Origin: a bacterium
Lineage (GTDB): Bacteria > Patescibacteriota > Minisyncoccia > Moranbacterales > UBA2206
Direction: 5' to 3'
DNA length: 64,000 nt
Assembly: GCA_021788105.1 (NCBI GenBank)
Contig: JAJYKZ010000001.1
Coordinates: forward strand, 19,333-83,332
The number at the start of each line of letters is the position of its first letter. The first letter of the stretch is position 1. The notes beneath the pieces were generated by a model. It worked only from the letters and a program-made list of their open reading frames with translations. It was not told the DNA's origin and ran no database searches. Of the stretch, positions 38,586-47,890 are shown one piece after another. The position numbers were made by a program, and so were the translations under genes.

Positions 38586-40078
38586 TTATTTTTCAACTTT
38601 TATAACCTCTCCTTTTCCTGCATCTATCTCTAGCATATCGCCATCCAAAATGATCTTGGTAGCAATTTTTGTGCCTATCACACAGGGTTTTTTCATTTCC
38701 CTGGAAACAATCGCTGCATGAGAAGTTATGCCACCCTCATCGGTTACTATAGCTGCAGCTCTTTGCATAGCGATTATCAAATCCGGGTTGGTAGCTCGAC
38801 TTACCAAAATTTCACCCTTCTTAATTTTTCCTATTTCATTTCTCGAATTTATGATTCGAGCAATACCAGTGACCCTTCCGGCATACGCACAATTGCCTTT
38901 TATCACCTTTGTTACTGTTTCGATTTCGGGTTTAATAAATTTTGAATATTTTTTACTATCTCCAATCCTTATAATACTCACTGCATCAGATTCTACTACA
39001 GAAATGCACCCCTCACTAAAACGTGTCTCTATATTATTTCGCATTTTTCTAGTGAGCTTTCTAGGATCCGTCAAATATATTCTTATTTCATCTTTAGTTA
39101 TGAATCTTGTTTGTTCCAAAGAAAAACAGAGTCGATTTGATATTTCTTTTAAAATAGGTTCGAAACAATAATTAGAATAGATTAAGAATTCTTTCCGATA
39201 GCCTTTCAAAAAAATCATCACACCTATTTTATTTAACAAAGAAATAACATTATTATCCAGTCTTAACCTTTTTTGCAATTTCTTTTTCTTTTGTTCTATC
39301 TCTTTTTTATACGCCCTTATTTCTTTGATTTTTAAGACAGGATCCTTAATTATTTTTAAATTATTTTCTAAAATTTCAGTTATATCCTGTTTGCTCCATG
39401 CGGGTCCAATGTAATAATATGCCAACCATCCGAATTTTTTAAGATGATTTTCTAGAAGGCTAGCTATTTGCTTGTTTTTTTCCAATTTTTAATTCTTTTA
39501 TTCTGGATAACCGATTGAATTTTATATAATTCAAGCTCGTGTTCCCTTTGTTTAGTTTTTTCCTCCGGTGTAGTTAACACGCTCATATATTCTTTTATTC
39601 TTGGTTCTTCTCCGATCCGTTCTTTTATTTTTTTCTCCGCGATATCAAAAATAGAAACACTCCCCATATCGACAAGGTTGGGAATCCACGCGTACGCTCT
39701 TAAGTCAATCGTTATTTTTTCAAATTTATCATAATAGCTTACAAGTTGCTTGTTTGATAATTTTTTAGGATCAATTTTTAATAAACTGTCAGAAAATTTT
39801 TCCAACCCTTGGCAACGCTCTATCATCCCTTTTTTTATTTTGCGATAAAAATTATTATCATTAATCAATTTGCTTTGTGCAATGTCAGAAATATTCTTCC
39901 AAGACTTTTCATTTGCATACATTATCATATTAGTCTTGTCATAAAAACAAACAACCTGATCGCAACTTTTTCCCAAAAGTTTTCTCACAGATGAGGTGGC
40001 AGCCATATCCATCAAATAAATAGGAAAAAAACTCACATGTTTGCCTTCGAAAATTTTAATTAAACTTCCTTGATTCAT
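38586..40078 (-). pseudogene. Swivel-domain paralog split by a -1 frameshift near 39464-39490 (~497 aa if fused)
   Basis: ORFs 39464..40078 and 38586..39485 overlap at a T7 run; C-terminal [17 protein letters not shown]. Confidence 0.8.
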
Positions 40079-40088
40079 TTACAAGTAA

Positions 40089-40403
40089 TTAAATTTTATT
40101 CAATTCCTCCTTCAAACTTTCTTTTGCCTGCACACCGATAAATTCCTTCACGATTTTTCCTTCTTTAAAAATTTTCATCGTCGGAATGGACATAATGCCG
40201 AATTTGGAAGCCGTTTCCGAATTTTCATCGACATTTATTTTTCCGATTTTCACCTTGTCCCCCATTTCCTGTGCCAACTCCTCCACAATCGGTCCCATCA
40301 TTAAACATGGTCCGCACCAGGGCGCCCAAAAATCCACAAACACCGGTTTGTCACTTTTTAGAACTTCTTGATCAAAGTTTTGATCGGTAAATTCCATTGC
40401 CAT
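40089..40403 (-). CDS. trxA: Thioredoxin
   Basis: VDFWAPWCGPC, SIPT. Confidence 0.97.
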   Translation of the reverse strand: MAMEFTDQNFDQEVLKSDKPVFVDFWAPWCGPCLMMGPIVEELAQEMGDKVKIGKINVDENSETASKFGIMSIPTMKIFKEGKIVKEFIGVQAKESLKEELNKI

Positions 40404-40428
40404 ATTTTTTTATTTTAATTTATTATTT

Positions 40429-41553
40429 TTATTTTGAATAATACAAAAGATAGAGTCCAAGAAACAGCATGATGCCGGCCGTGACGGCGTGAAGCGTCCG
40501 CAGATGGTTTTTTCTCCAATGTTCCAGCTTGCCAATTTTGGTCGATCCGAAATACATGGCCAGGGTTATTATTATCATCGGCAAAACGAAAATTAAATTA
40601 TAGACAATGAGCAGCGGGATAGTCCTGGCAACATCCACTCTTTGGGCCAACTTTCCCAAAAGCACCAGATACGGACCGCTGGCGCACGGTACCAAAAACA
40701 GACTGACGAGATAACCCGCGCCTAACGCGCCGATCGGACCGGTAACCTTTTTGAGTATGCCCTGCATATTCGGCCTCCAGCTGCGAGGAACCTCCATGAT
40801 AAAAACTTTTCCATACCACACAACGTCCTTCAGATTGGCCAAACCGATCAAGATCGCAAGAATCGCCACCGCCAAGGAAAAATAGTGCGGCAGACTGAAA
40901 ACCGTGATCGCTTTGTACAAACCGAGTCCCATCATGAAATAGGAACTAAATACCGCAAAAGAAAAAGCTAGTCCCGAAAGAAGGGCGCGCCTCTTTCCGC
41001 CCGACGCAATAACCGTCGCCAAAAGAAGTATCAGAACCGCCAAAGCACAAGGATTGAGCGCGTCGGCAAGGGCGGCCAACATCAACAATGGCAATGGCAC
41101 CGAAGAAAGCGAGCGCGGCGACTGGATTTTTGGCGCCGATTTTTCTTGCGCCAGCGCCAGCCGGATGCTTTGGGGCGTAGGAAAACTGGAAGCGTTCACC
41201 TGGTTAATTTCTTTGACAAAATTATTGATGATGGGTTGGTCTCCCAAAAGTTCTTGATTGCCAAAAAAAACCACGGGATAGCCGCGATTTTCCGGCTTCA
41301 CTCCGAACGCATCGAAAAACTGGTTGAGCGCTTTCAAATTGTCCGGATTGCCCACTTCCCTTTTCTGGATATCGTATTTGTCATAAATGCCGTTGTCCTG
41401 AAAATACTGGTTGACCTTGGCGCAATGCGAACAAGTTTCGCTGTAAAAATAGACTGCCTTCTTTTTGGCGGCTTGATTAGAAGAAACAGTCTGCGCCAAA
41501 ACCGAAACTGGCAGCAGCAACGATATTAAAAGAAATAAAGCAAATTTTCGCAT
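40429..41553 (-). CDS. Exported glutaredoxin-like CxxC domain fused to a CcdA/DsbD-type membrane domain
   Basis: Signal peptide, CSHC and YP cis-Pro motif, then DALNPC and VPCASGPY with about 6 TMs. Confidence 0.85.
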   Translation of the reverse strand: MRKFALFLLISLLLPVSVLAQTVSSNQAAKKKAVYFYSETCSHCAKVNQYFQDNGIYDKYDIQKREVGNPDNLKALNQFFDAFGVKPENRGYPVVFFGNQELLGDQPIINNFVKEINQVNASSFPTPQSIRLALAQEKSAPKIQSPRSLSSVPLPLLMLAALADALNPCALAVLILLLATVIASGGKRRALLSGLAFSFAVFSSYFMMGLGLYKAITVFSLPHYFSLAVAILAILIGLANLKDVVWYGKVFIMEVPRSWRPNMQGILKKVTGPIGALGAGYLVSLFLVPCASGPYLVLLGKLAQRVDVARTIPLLIVYNLIFVLPMIIITLAMYFGSTKIGKLEHWRKNHLRTLHAVTAGIMLFLGLYLLYYSK

Positions 41554-41574
41554 GTGATTATAAATTATAAAATT

Positions 41575-42285
41575 CTATTTACCAAACCTTCTTTGCCGGC
41601 GGGAATAATCCTCGATCGCCTCCTCGAATTTCTTTTCGTCAAAATCAGGAAAGTTGCCGTCATAGAAATACAATTGCGAATTGGCCGTGTCCCACATCAT
41701 AAAACCGTTGCTGAGATGCGGCTCGCCGCCGGTTCGGATGACAAAATCCACCAGCGGAAGATCTTTGGTCATCAAATTTTCCTTGATCAGTTCCGGCGTG
41801 ACTTTCGCGCCCGCTCCATATTTGTCGTGAATGCTTTGAATCGCCTGAATCATATCATCATCGCCGTTGTAGGCCAGCATAAAATTGAGCAATCTTTTTT
41901 TATAATGCTTGGTTTTGCCGATGACATCATATATGACTTTTTTCAATCTTTCCGGAAACTGCTCTTCCCATCTTCCGATAACATTCACTTTGACTTCATT
42001 TTTAACTATCTCTTTGCTTTCCATAAGTTTTTTGAAGTACCGGCTGTAGATGTCCAAAAGCGCCCGTTTTTCTTCCAACGGCCGCTTGGTCAGATTGTCC
42101 ATTGACGAGCCCCAAAAAGACAAGCAACGAACACCCTTATTCAACGCGGTTTCCACAATTCCTTCCAGGTTTTGCGCTCCTTTTTCATGTCCTTCCCACG
42201 GTTTTAGATTTTTTTTCCGGGCCCAGCGGCGATTGCCGTCCGGAATTATAGCCACGTGTCCGGGCACAATTAAATCTTTTTCCAT
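41575..42285 (-). CDS. uppS: Undecaprenyl diphosphate synthase (cis-prenyltransferase)
   Basis: HVAIIPDGNRRWA, IRTGGE..LS.F, RRFG. Confidence 0.95.
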   Translation of the reverse strand: MEKDLIVPGHVAIIPDGNRRWARKKNLKPWEGHEKGAQNLEGIVETALNKGVRCLSFWGSSMDNLTKRPLEEKRALLDIYSRYFKKLMESKEIVKNEVKVNVIGRWEEQFPERLKKVIYDVIGKTKHYKKRLLNFMLAYNGDDDMIQAIQSIHDKYGAGAKVTPELIKENLMTKDLPLVDFVIRTGGEPHLSNGFMMWDTANSQLYFYDGNFPDFDEKKFEEAIEDYSRRQRRFGK

Positions 42286-42345
42286 ATAAGTGAATGTTAC
42301 CCCAAATTCAGCGAAAGAGCAACCGGAAAGCAGGGGTCTTTATCA

Positions 42346-43401
42346 TTAATACTTTTTTACTTCTTTGATAAATTCTTGAAGGAGTTTGGTTTCATCGACT
42401 TTCTTGATAATCTCCCCTTTTTTCGTTATCAGTCCGACTTTTTTTCCTCCGATAATCGCCAGGTCAGCTTCCCTGGATTCACCCGGACCATTCACAACAC
42501 AACCCATCACCGCCACGTGCATATTTTTGTCGATTTTAGCTAATTCCGCTTCCACTTTTTTCGCCAGTTCGATCAGATCTATTTCCGTCCGTCCGCAAGT
42601 CGGGCAGCTCGTCACAGTGATGCCGCGCCTCCGCAGTCCCAGCGATTTCAAAATTTCCCACGCCACTCGCACTTCTTCGACCGGATCGGCCGTCAAAGAA
42701 ACGCGCATCGTATCGCCGATTCCTTCATAAAGCAGAATTCCCAGACCGATCGACGACATTACAGTCCCTCGAAAAACCGTGCCGGCTTCCGTCACGCCAA
42801 TATGCAACGGATAATCGACTTTTTCGGAAAGGATCCGATAGGCCTCCGCAGTCCTTTCAATGTCGGATGCCTTCAGGGAAATTAAAATATTTTTAAATTT
42901 ATATTTTTCTAAAATTTTAACATGCCGCATGGCCGAATCAACCATGCCCTGTGCCGTAACTTTCCCTTTGTATTTTTCCAGGATGTCTTTTTCCAACGAT
43001 CCGGCATTGACTCCGATCCGAATGGGAATATTTTTTTCCTTGGCCGCCAGAACCACTTTGCGAATATTTTCTTCCGAGCCGATGTTTCCCGGATTGATGC
43101 GCAATTTATCGACGCCTTGCTTGATCGCTTCCAACGCCAAGTCGAAAGAAAAATGAATGTCCGCCGCCAATGGAATGGAAATTTTCTTTTTGATTTTTCC
43201 CAGCGCCTTGGCCGCCGCCATGTCCGGCACCGCCAGCCGGATCAATTCGCAGCCCGCTTTTTGCAATTCCTTGATTTGCGCCACGGTCGTTTTCACGTCG
43301 CGCGTATCGGTGTTGCACATCGATTGAACAACAATCGGAGCATTGCCGCCGATAAAAATGTTTCCGACTTTTATTTTTTTGCTTTTGCGCCTTTTTATCA
43401 T
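42346..43401 (-). CDS. ispG: HMBPP synthase IspG
   Basis: VQSMCNT, ADIHF, RINPGN, RIGVNAGSL, CPTCGR, GCVVNGPGE. Confidence 0.97.
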   Translation of the reverse strand: MIKRRKSKKIKVGNIFIGGNAPIVVQSMCNTDTRDVKTTVAQIKELQKAGCELIRLAVPDMAAAKALGKIKKKISIPLAADIHFSFDLALEAIKQGVDKLRINPGNIGSEENIRKVVLAAKEKNIPIRIGVNAGSLEKDILEKYKGKVTAQGMVDSAMRHVKILEKYKFKNILISLKASDIERTAEAYRILSEKVDYPLHIGVTEAGTVFRGTVMSSIGLGILLYEGIGDTMRVSLTADPVEEVRVAWEILKSLGLRRRGITVTSCPTCGRTEIDLIELAKKVEAELAKIDKNMHVAVMGCVVNGPGESREADLAIIGGKKVGLITKKGEIIKKVDETKLLQEFIKEVKKY

Positions 43402-43421
43402 AAAAAATAAATTTTAATAAT

Positions 43422-44498
43422 TTAAATTTCCCGGTTGGCCATATAGTCCGCCACGCCTACTAAAAATTCTTTGGCTTCCGCGCGAATGTTTAACTTTTCC
43501 GCCGCTTCCTTGGCTTCGGCTACCAATCTTTGTGCCATCGCGCGCGCATAATCCAAAGCGCCCGTGTCTTTTATGACTTTTCTGAAGTCGGAAATATTCT
43601 GCGCCGTCAAATCTTTCTTTCCCAAAATGTTTTCCAGTTTTTTCTTTTGCGGCGGGCCGGCTTTTTCTTTGGCCTTCACGATAAGCAAAGTTTGTTTGCC
43701 TTCGGCAATGTCAGCCCCGACGCGTTTCCCTATTTTTTTCTCCGACCCGAAAATTCCCAAAATGTCATCCTGAATTTGGAAAGCAATTCCCAGCGGCAAC
43801 GCGTAGGAACTTAAACCATCCATAATTTCCCGATCCGCTCCGCCCAAAATCGCTCCCAGCTGCAATGGCCCCTCAATCGTATATTTTGCCGTTTTGTTTC
43901 CGTACATTTCCAACACCTGATCTTCCCTTGCCCGGTTGCGATAGCCGATGTAGATGTCTTGCGCTTGTCCGATCACGGTCAGGGAAATAATCGATTGCAG
44001 TTTGGAAAGCGCGCGCATAATATCCTTTGCTTCAAATTGCGAATCAAAAATAATTTGGTTGCCCAACGCCCCAATCATGTCCCCGATGATCAGCGCCATT
44101 GAATTTCCAAAATGTTCAAAATCATTTTTCTTAAAAAATTTCTTTCCGATTTTTTCGTAGCGAAAATTCACCGTGTCCATCCCGTGGCGTTTTTTGTCGC
44201 GATCGATAATGTCATCATGGATCAGCAAAAAGGTGTGCACCAGTTCGATGCTCACCGAAGTCCGCAGAATTTTTTCCTTTTCTTCCCCGCCCGCCGCCAA
44301 ATATCCGTAATACATAAAAGCTGGACGCAATCTTTTTCCGCCCGCCAGCACCGTTTGCTTTACATATTTAACCGCATCCGCCATCAAAGCGTCGCGCTGA
44401 ACCGTTTCCTTGATGACTATATCGAAATATTTTTCAATTTCCTTATCAAGTTTTGCTTTAAAACTTGCCAGAGTCTTCTCCACTTTTAAATCGCTCAT
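43422..44498 (-). CDS. Trans-polyprenyl diphosphate synthase
   Basis: GGKRLRP, IHDDIIDRD..R.G, FQIQDD; start set at MSDLK. Confidence 0.93.
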   Translation of the reverse strand: MSDLKVEKTLASFKAKLDKEIEKYFDIVIKETVQRDALMADAVKYVKQTVLAGGKRLRPAFMYYGYLAAGGEEKEKILRTSVSIELVHTFLLIHDDIIDRDKKRHGMDTVNFRYEKIGKKFFKKNDFEHFGNSMALIIGDMIGALGNQIIFDSQFEAKDIMRALSKLQSIISLTVIGQAQDIYIGYRNRAREDQVLEMYGNKTAKYTIEGPLQLGAILGGADREIMDGLSSYALPLGIAFQIQDDILGIFGSEKKIGKRVGADIAEGKQTLLIVKAKEKAGPPQKKKLENILGKKDLTAQNISDFRKVIKDTGALDYARAMAQRLVAEAKEAAEKLNIRAEAKEFLVGVADYMANREI

Positions 44499-44592
44499 AT
44501 TTAAGCTTATTTTGTACGCTTTTGCTATTCTATATAAAAAAAAGCCCTTTGGCAAACACTTCCGAACTCCACTAATCTTCATCCGATCAATG

Positions 44593-44622
44593 AAAAAGGG
44601 GCAGGTCATGGCGACTCGCCCC
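44593..44622 (-). terminator. Intrinsic terminator of the GGDEF gene
   Basis: Minus strand GGGGCGAGTC-GCCAT-GACCTGCCCC followed by TTTTT. Confidence 0.7.
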
Positions 44623-44629
44623 ACATTTG

Positions 44630-45622
44630 CTACTTGTTGCAAAATTGGTAGTTGTTTCTACCCATTTTTTTGGCTTGATACATTGCTATGTCTGCGCAAT
44701 GCAAGAGCTCGCCGATAGCCGTGCTGTTGTCGGGATATATGCAAATACCGACGCTAGTTGTTATCGAAATGGCATCGTCGCCGATTTGATACGGCTGTTC
44801 GAACGAACGAACGATCTTTCGGGCAATCGACGCGGCATCTTCCGCTCGGCCGATGTCAGCAAGAAGCACACTGAATTCATCTCCGCCCATCCGGGCAATT
44901 ATGTCGGATTCCCTAAGACAAGCCTTAAGTCTTTTTGACACTTGCTTGAGCAGAATGTCGCCGGCCTCATGACCCATCGTGTCGTTAATTTCTTTAAATC
45001 GATCGAGATCGAGACAAAGTATCGCAACCCTTTCTTTATTGCGATGCGCCTTGGCAATTTCCACGGAAATAATTTCTTCAAAAAAACGCCTGTTGGGCAA
45101 GTCGGTTAACGGGTCATGATAGGCTTGATACTTAATTTTTTCTTCCATCAACTTGCGTTCAGTAATGTTCCTTTGGACGTGCACCACTTGCACTATGTTT
45201 CCATTTTCATCTCTGATGGGAGCAGTAAAAATTTCTGCGTAAATTTTTTCTCCTCCCTTGCAGTAGTGTATGTGTTCAACAGTAAAATGTTCGCCGGAAG
45301 TCACAGTTTCTATTAGGGGGCACAGATCATCCGGAGGCGCACAGACCTCGGTCCGGCGGTGGGTTATTTCATAACAACTTCTGCCCAGCACTTCGGATTC
45401 ATCGGAATAGCCATATTCATTCAAAAAAGTTTTGTTGACCGCGATTATTTTGAAAGTTCTGACATCAATAAGCGACAGGGATTCGTGCATGTTGTCAATG
45501 ATGGCCTTGGTCAACTCACAGGAGCGCCGCAACCGGCTTTCCATTTTTTTGCGCTCAAGATGAAAAATCCAATAAACAAACAGAACGGCAAGCAGTATCG
45601 AAAACCATAGCCACAACGCCAT
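44630..45622 (-). CDS. Membrane-anchored PAS-GGDEF diguanylate cyclase
   Basis: TM helix, PAS domain, HDPLTDLPNR, DLDRFKEIND..GH..GD, RESD I-site and RMGGDEF; SD AAAGGAGGT before ATG 45622. Confidence 0.93.
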   Translation of the reverse strand: MALWLWFSILLAVLFVYWIFHLERKKMESRLRRSCELTKAIIDNMHESLSLIDVRTFKIIAVNKTFLNEYGYSDESEVLGRSCYEITHRRTEVCAPPDDLCPLIETVTSGEHFTVEHIHYCKGGEKIYAEIFTAPIRDENGNIVQVVHVQRNITERKLMEEKIKYQAYHDPLTDLPNRRFFEEIISVEIAKAHRNKERVAILCLDLDRFKEINDTMGHEAGDILLKQVSKRLKACLRESDIIARMGGDEFSVLLADIGRAEDAASIARKIVRSFEQPYQIGDDAISITTSVGICIYPDNSTAIGELLHCADIAMYQAKKMGRNNYQFCNK

Positions 45623-45773
45623 GCGAACCACCTCCTTTGGCAAGAGAGCTTTGATTTTTAATGTACTACAGCTCCGCAATTATTATTACAATTATCGAAA
45701 AATTTTATGTTTAAGTTAAAAAATAAAACAAAATATAAAAAAACAAGACTTCAAAAGCCTTGTTTTGATATCG

Positions 45774-45847
45774 TACCGCCAGCGGGAGTCGAACCCGCGA
45801 TCTTCAGAATGAGAATCTGACGTCCTGGACCACTAGACGATGGCGGC
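45774..45847 (-). tRNA. tRNA-Glu (anticodon CTC), CCA not encoded
   Basis: GCCGCCA/TGGCGGT acceptor stem, TCAGA-TTCTCAT-TCTGA anticodon arm, GGTTCGACTCC T-arm. Confidence 0.95.
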
Positions 45848-45894
45848 GAAACTATTTAATAATTTACCAGCATTTGCTGAATTTATCAAGATTA

Positions 45895-45927
45895 AAAGCC
45901 TCGTGGATGAATCGTCCGCGAGGCTTT
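45895..45927. terminator. Long hairpin downstream of the small-ORF cluster
   Basis: AAAGCCTCGTGGATG-AAT-CGTCCGCGAGGCTTT. Confidence 0.6.
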
Positions 45928-45959
45928 ACTGATTATCTTCTTTCATTCAGCCTCCTTTT

Positions 45960-46169
45960 TTAGTATGCATGGTTCATTTCGCCCTGCATTATTTTTCTAC
46001 ACTCGTTTTCCGCTTCTTGCGGAGAAGAGCATTTTTTTCTGAGGATCGTGGTGTCTTTAAGCTTTGAAAACCTGGTAAGACCCCCACCTCCACAAACGTA
46101 TTGAGCTGAAAAGATGCAATCCCCTTCAAACCAACACATTTCGATGATATTTTTTTTATCCGCTTCCAT
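45960..46169 (-). CDS. Small hypothetical protein (69 aa)
   Basis: SD GGAGGTG before ATG; overlaps the upstream small ORF. Confidence 0.55.
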   Translation of the reverse strand: MEADKKNIIEMCWFEGDCIFSAQYVCGGGGLTRFSKLKDTTILRKKCSSPQEAENECRKIMQGEMNHAY

Positions 46170-46335
46170 CGCACACCTCCCGATTAGTGTTTGCGGAAGT
46201 TTTTTTTATTTTTTCCACTTCCCCGCCAGGCTTGTTATTCTGCCGCACTGCTTCGAGCAACAAAGCCAATGGAACTTCGACACTTCTTGCAGTTGCAACC
46301 ACAAGAAATAAAGTAGCCTTTTCCAGCGTGGTCAT
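46156..46335 (-). CDS. Small hypothetical protein (59 aa, absent from the ORF track)
   Basis: Manual translation MTTLEKATLFLVVATARSVEVPLALLLEAVRQ...EVCDGSG*; SD GAGGTG; overlaps the next start. Confidence 0.5.
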   Translation of the reverse strand: MTTLEKATLFLVVATARSVEVPLALLLEAVRQNNKPGGEVEKIKKTSANTNREVCDGSG

Positions 46336-46567
46336 GCGCCACCTCGCTTTCTAAATCACGAAGTTTTTAAGTTTTTAAAGACCGGCCGCTGCGTTAGGAG
46401 TTTTGCAAAAGCTCCTAAACTTTTAAAAATAATTTAAATAGCAAGTAATATACTACAATTTAACTCAGCCTTATTTTCCAACTCGCAATTATACATCTTT
46501 TTGCTTATTTTGTCAAGCGCAACAAAAAAACGGCTGGAAGCCGCTAAAAAAACCAAACCGCAAAATA

Positions 46568-47890
46568 TCAAACTTGTTTGAAAGGAATTTTTTTCCATTC
46601 CGGAGACTGCCGGCACAAAAGCTCCGAAGCTTGCAAGGGTTCGGCCATAATTTCTTCCACTACTTTTTCCATCCGCATTCCCTGCGAACCCTTCACTAAG
46701 ATCAAATCGCCTTCTCTGATTATTTCTTTCAACTTCTTTCCGGCTTCCGCCGGATTTTCAAAAGCAAAAATATTTTCTTTTGAAAAATTATATTTTTCAA
46801 GTTCAGCCGCGGCAAATTTCATCCGTGCGCCAGCCGCAAAAAAAATATCAATTTTTTCTTTGGAAATTTTTTCCCCGATCGATCGATGGTTTTTTTCCGT
46901 CTCAATTCCCAATTCCAGCATGTCTCCCAGCACGGCAACTTTTCTTGGTGCGGAAATTTGTCCCAAGGTTTCCAGAGCGGCAATCGTCGCGACGGGCGAA
47001 GCATTGTAAGTATCGTCGATGACCATAGAATTTTTTATTCCGGCAATCAGGTTCATCCGGCCGTACGGAAGAGAAAAATTTTGCAAAGCTGATCCGATCT
47101 CAACCAAATTCAGTCCAAATTCCAAACCGACCGCTACTGCCGCCAGTGCGGCATAAATTTGGTGTTTCGCTAAAATATTATTAAGACGCATCGGAATGGA
47201 CGTGCCCTTGTAGTTCAATTTAAAGCTCAGGCCTTTGATATTTTTTCCGCCATTCTCCGAATAATTAAAACTAATATCAGTTGCTCGGAGATCGGCCTTT
47301 TCCGAAAAACCAAAAGTTATTGTTCGAGCCTTTATTTTATCCCGCATTTTTTCCGCGTAAGCATTGTCGCCGTTTAAAACCGCCAGGCTGGATTCTTCCA
47401 ATCCGACAACCAGCGCGCCTTTTTCTTTGGCAATATTTTCCAGGCTGCCGAAAAATTCAATATGGCTTTGGGAAATGTCGGTTATAATCCCCGCATTGGA
47501 TTTAACAAAACCGGCAAGATAGGCGATGTCGCCCGGCATGTCCGCTCCCATTTCCAAAATAAGAATTTCCGGATATTCCACCGGCCAAACCATCACGCCC
47601 AGCCATTTCAGAAAAACTCCAAGCCAGCCAAAAAAAGACGAGTCTCCGCTTTCCGCTCCGATGATCGTAAGCGGCAATCCTATTTCATTATTATAATTTT
47701 TTTCACTTCTGCGCGCCCGAAAACGGTTTTGCAGAATGGTAAAAATCGCTTCCTTAGCAGAAGTTTTTCCGACTGATCCGGTTATGCTTATAATTTTTGG
47801 ATTATATTTTTTCAAAACCAAAACTGCCATCAACCGAAGCGATTTAATAAGAAAGGCTTGTTTTTTAGTTACTCTTTTTATTGCTTTCAT
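46568..47890 (-). CDS. murF: UDP-MurNAc-tripeptide--D-Ala-D-Ala ligase (lacks the N-terminal domain)
   Basis: ITGSVGKTS, NYNNEIGLPLT, ILEMG, IDDTYNASP, LGDMLELG, LVKGSQ. Confidence 0.92.
   Translation of the reverse strand: MKAIKRVTKKQAFLIKSLRLMAVLVLKKYNPKIISITGSVGKTSAKEAIFTILQNRFRARRSEKNYNNEIGLPLTIIGAESGDSSFFGWLGVFLKWLGVMVWPVEYPEILILEMGADMPGDIAYLAGFVKSNAGIITDISQSHIEFFGSLENIAKEKGALVVGLEESSLAVLNGDNAYAEKMRDKIKARTITFGFSEKADLRATDISFNYSENGGKNIKGLSFKLNYKGTSIPMRLNNILAKHQIYAALAAVAVGLEFGLNLVEIGSALQNFSLPYGRMNLIAGIKNSMVIDDTYNASPVATIAALETLGQISAPRKVAVLGDMLELGIETEKNHRSIGEKISKEKIDIFFAAGARMKFAAAELEKYNFSKENIFAFENPAEAGKKLKEIIREGDLILVKGSQGMRMEKVVEEIMAEPLQASELLCRQSPEWKKIPFKQV

Noticed and set aside
26158-40078. 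Prophage, ICE, integron or DGR as the carrier of the array
   Set aside because: No integrase, transposase, reverse transcriptase, att or attC site was seen, and the spacers are too short for attC.
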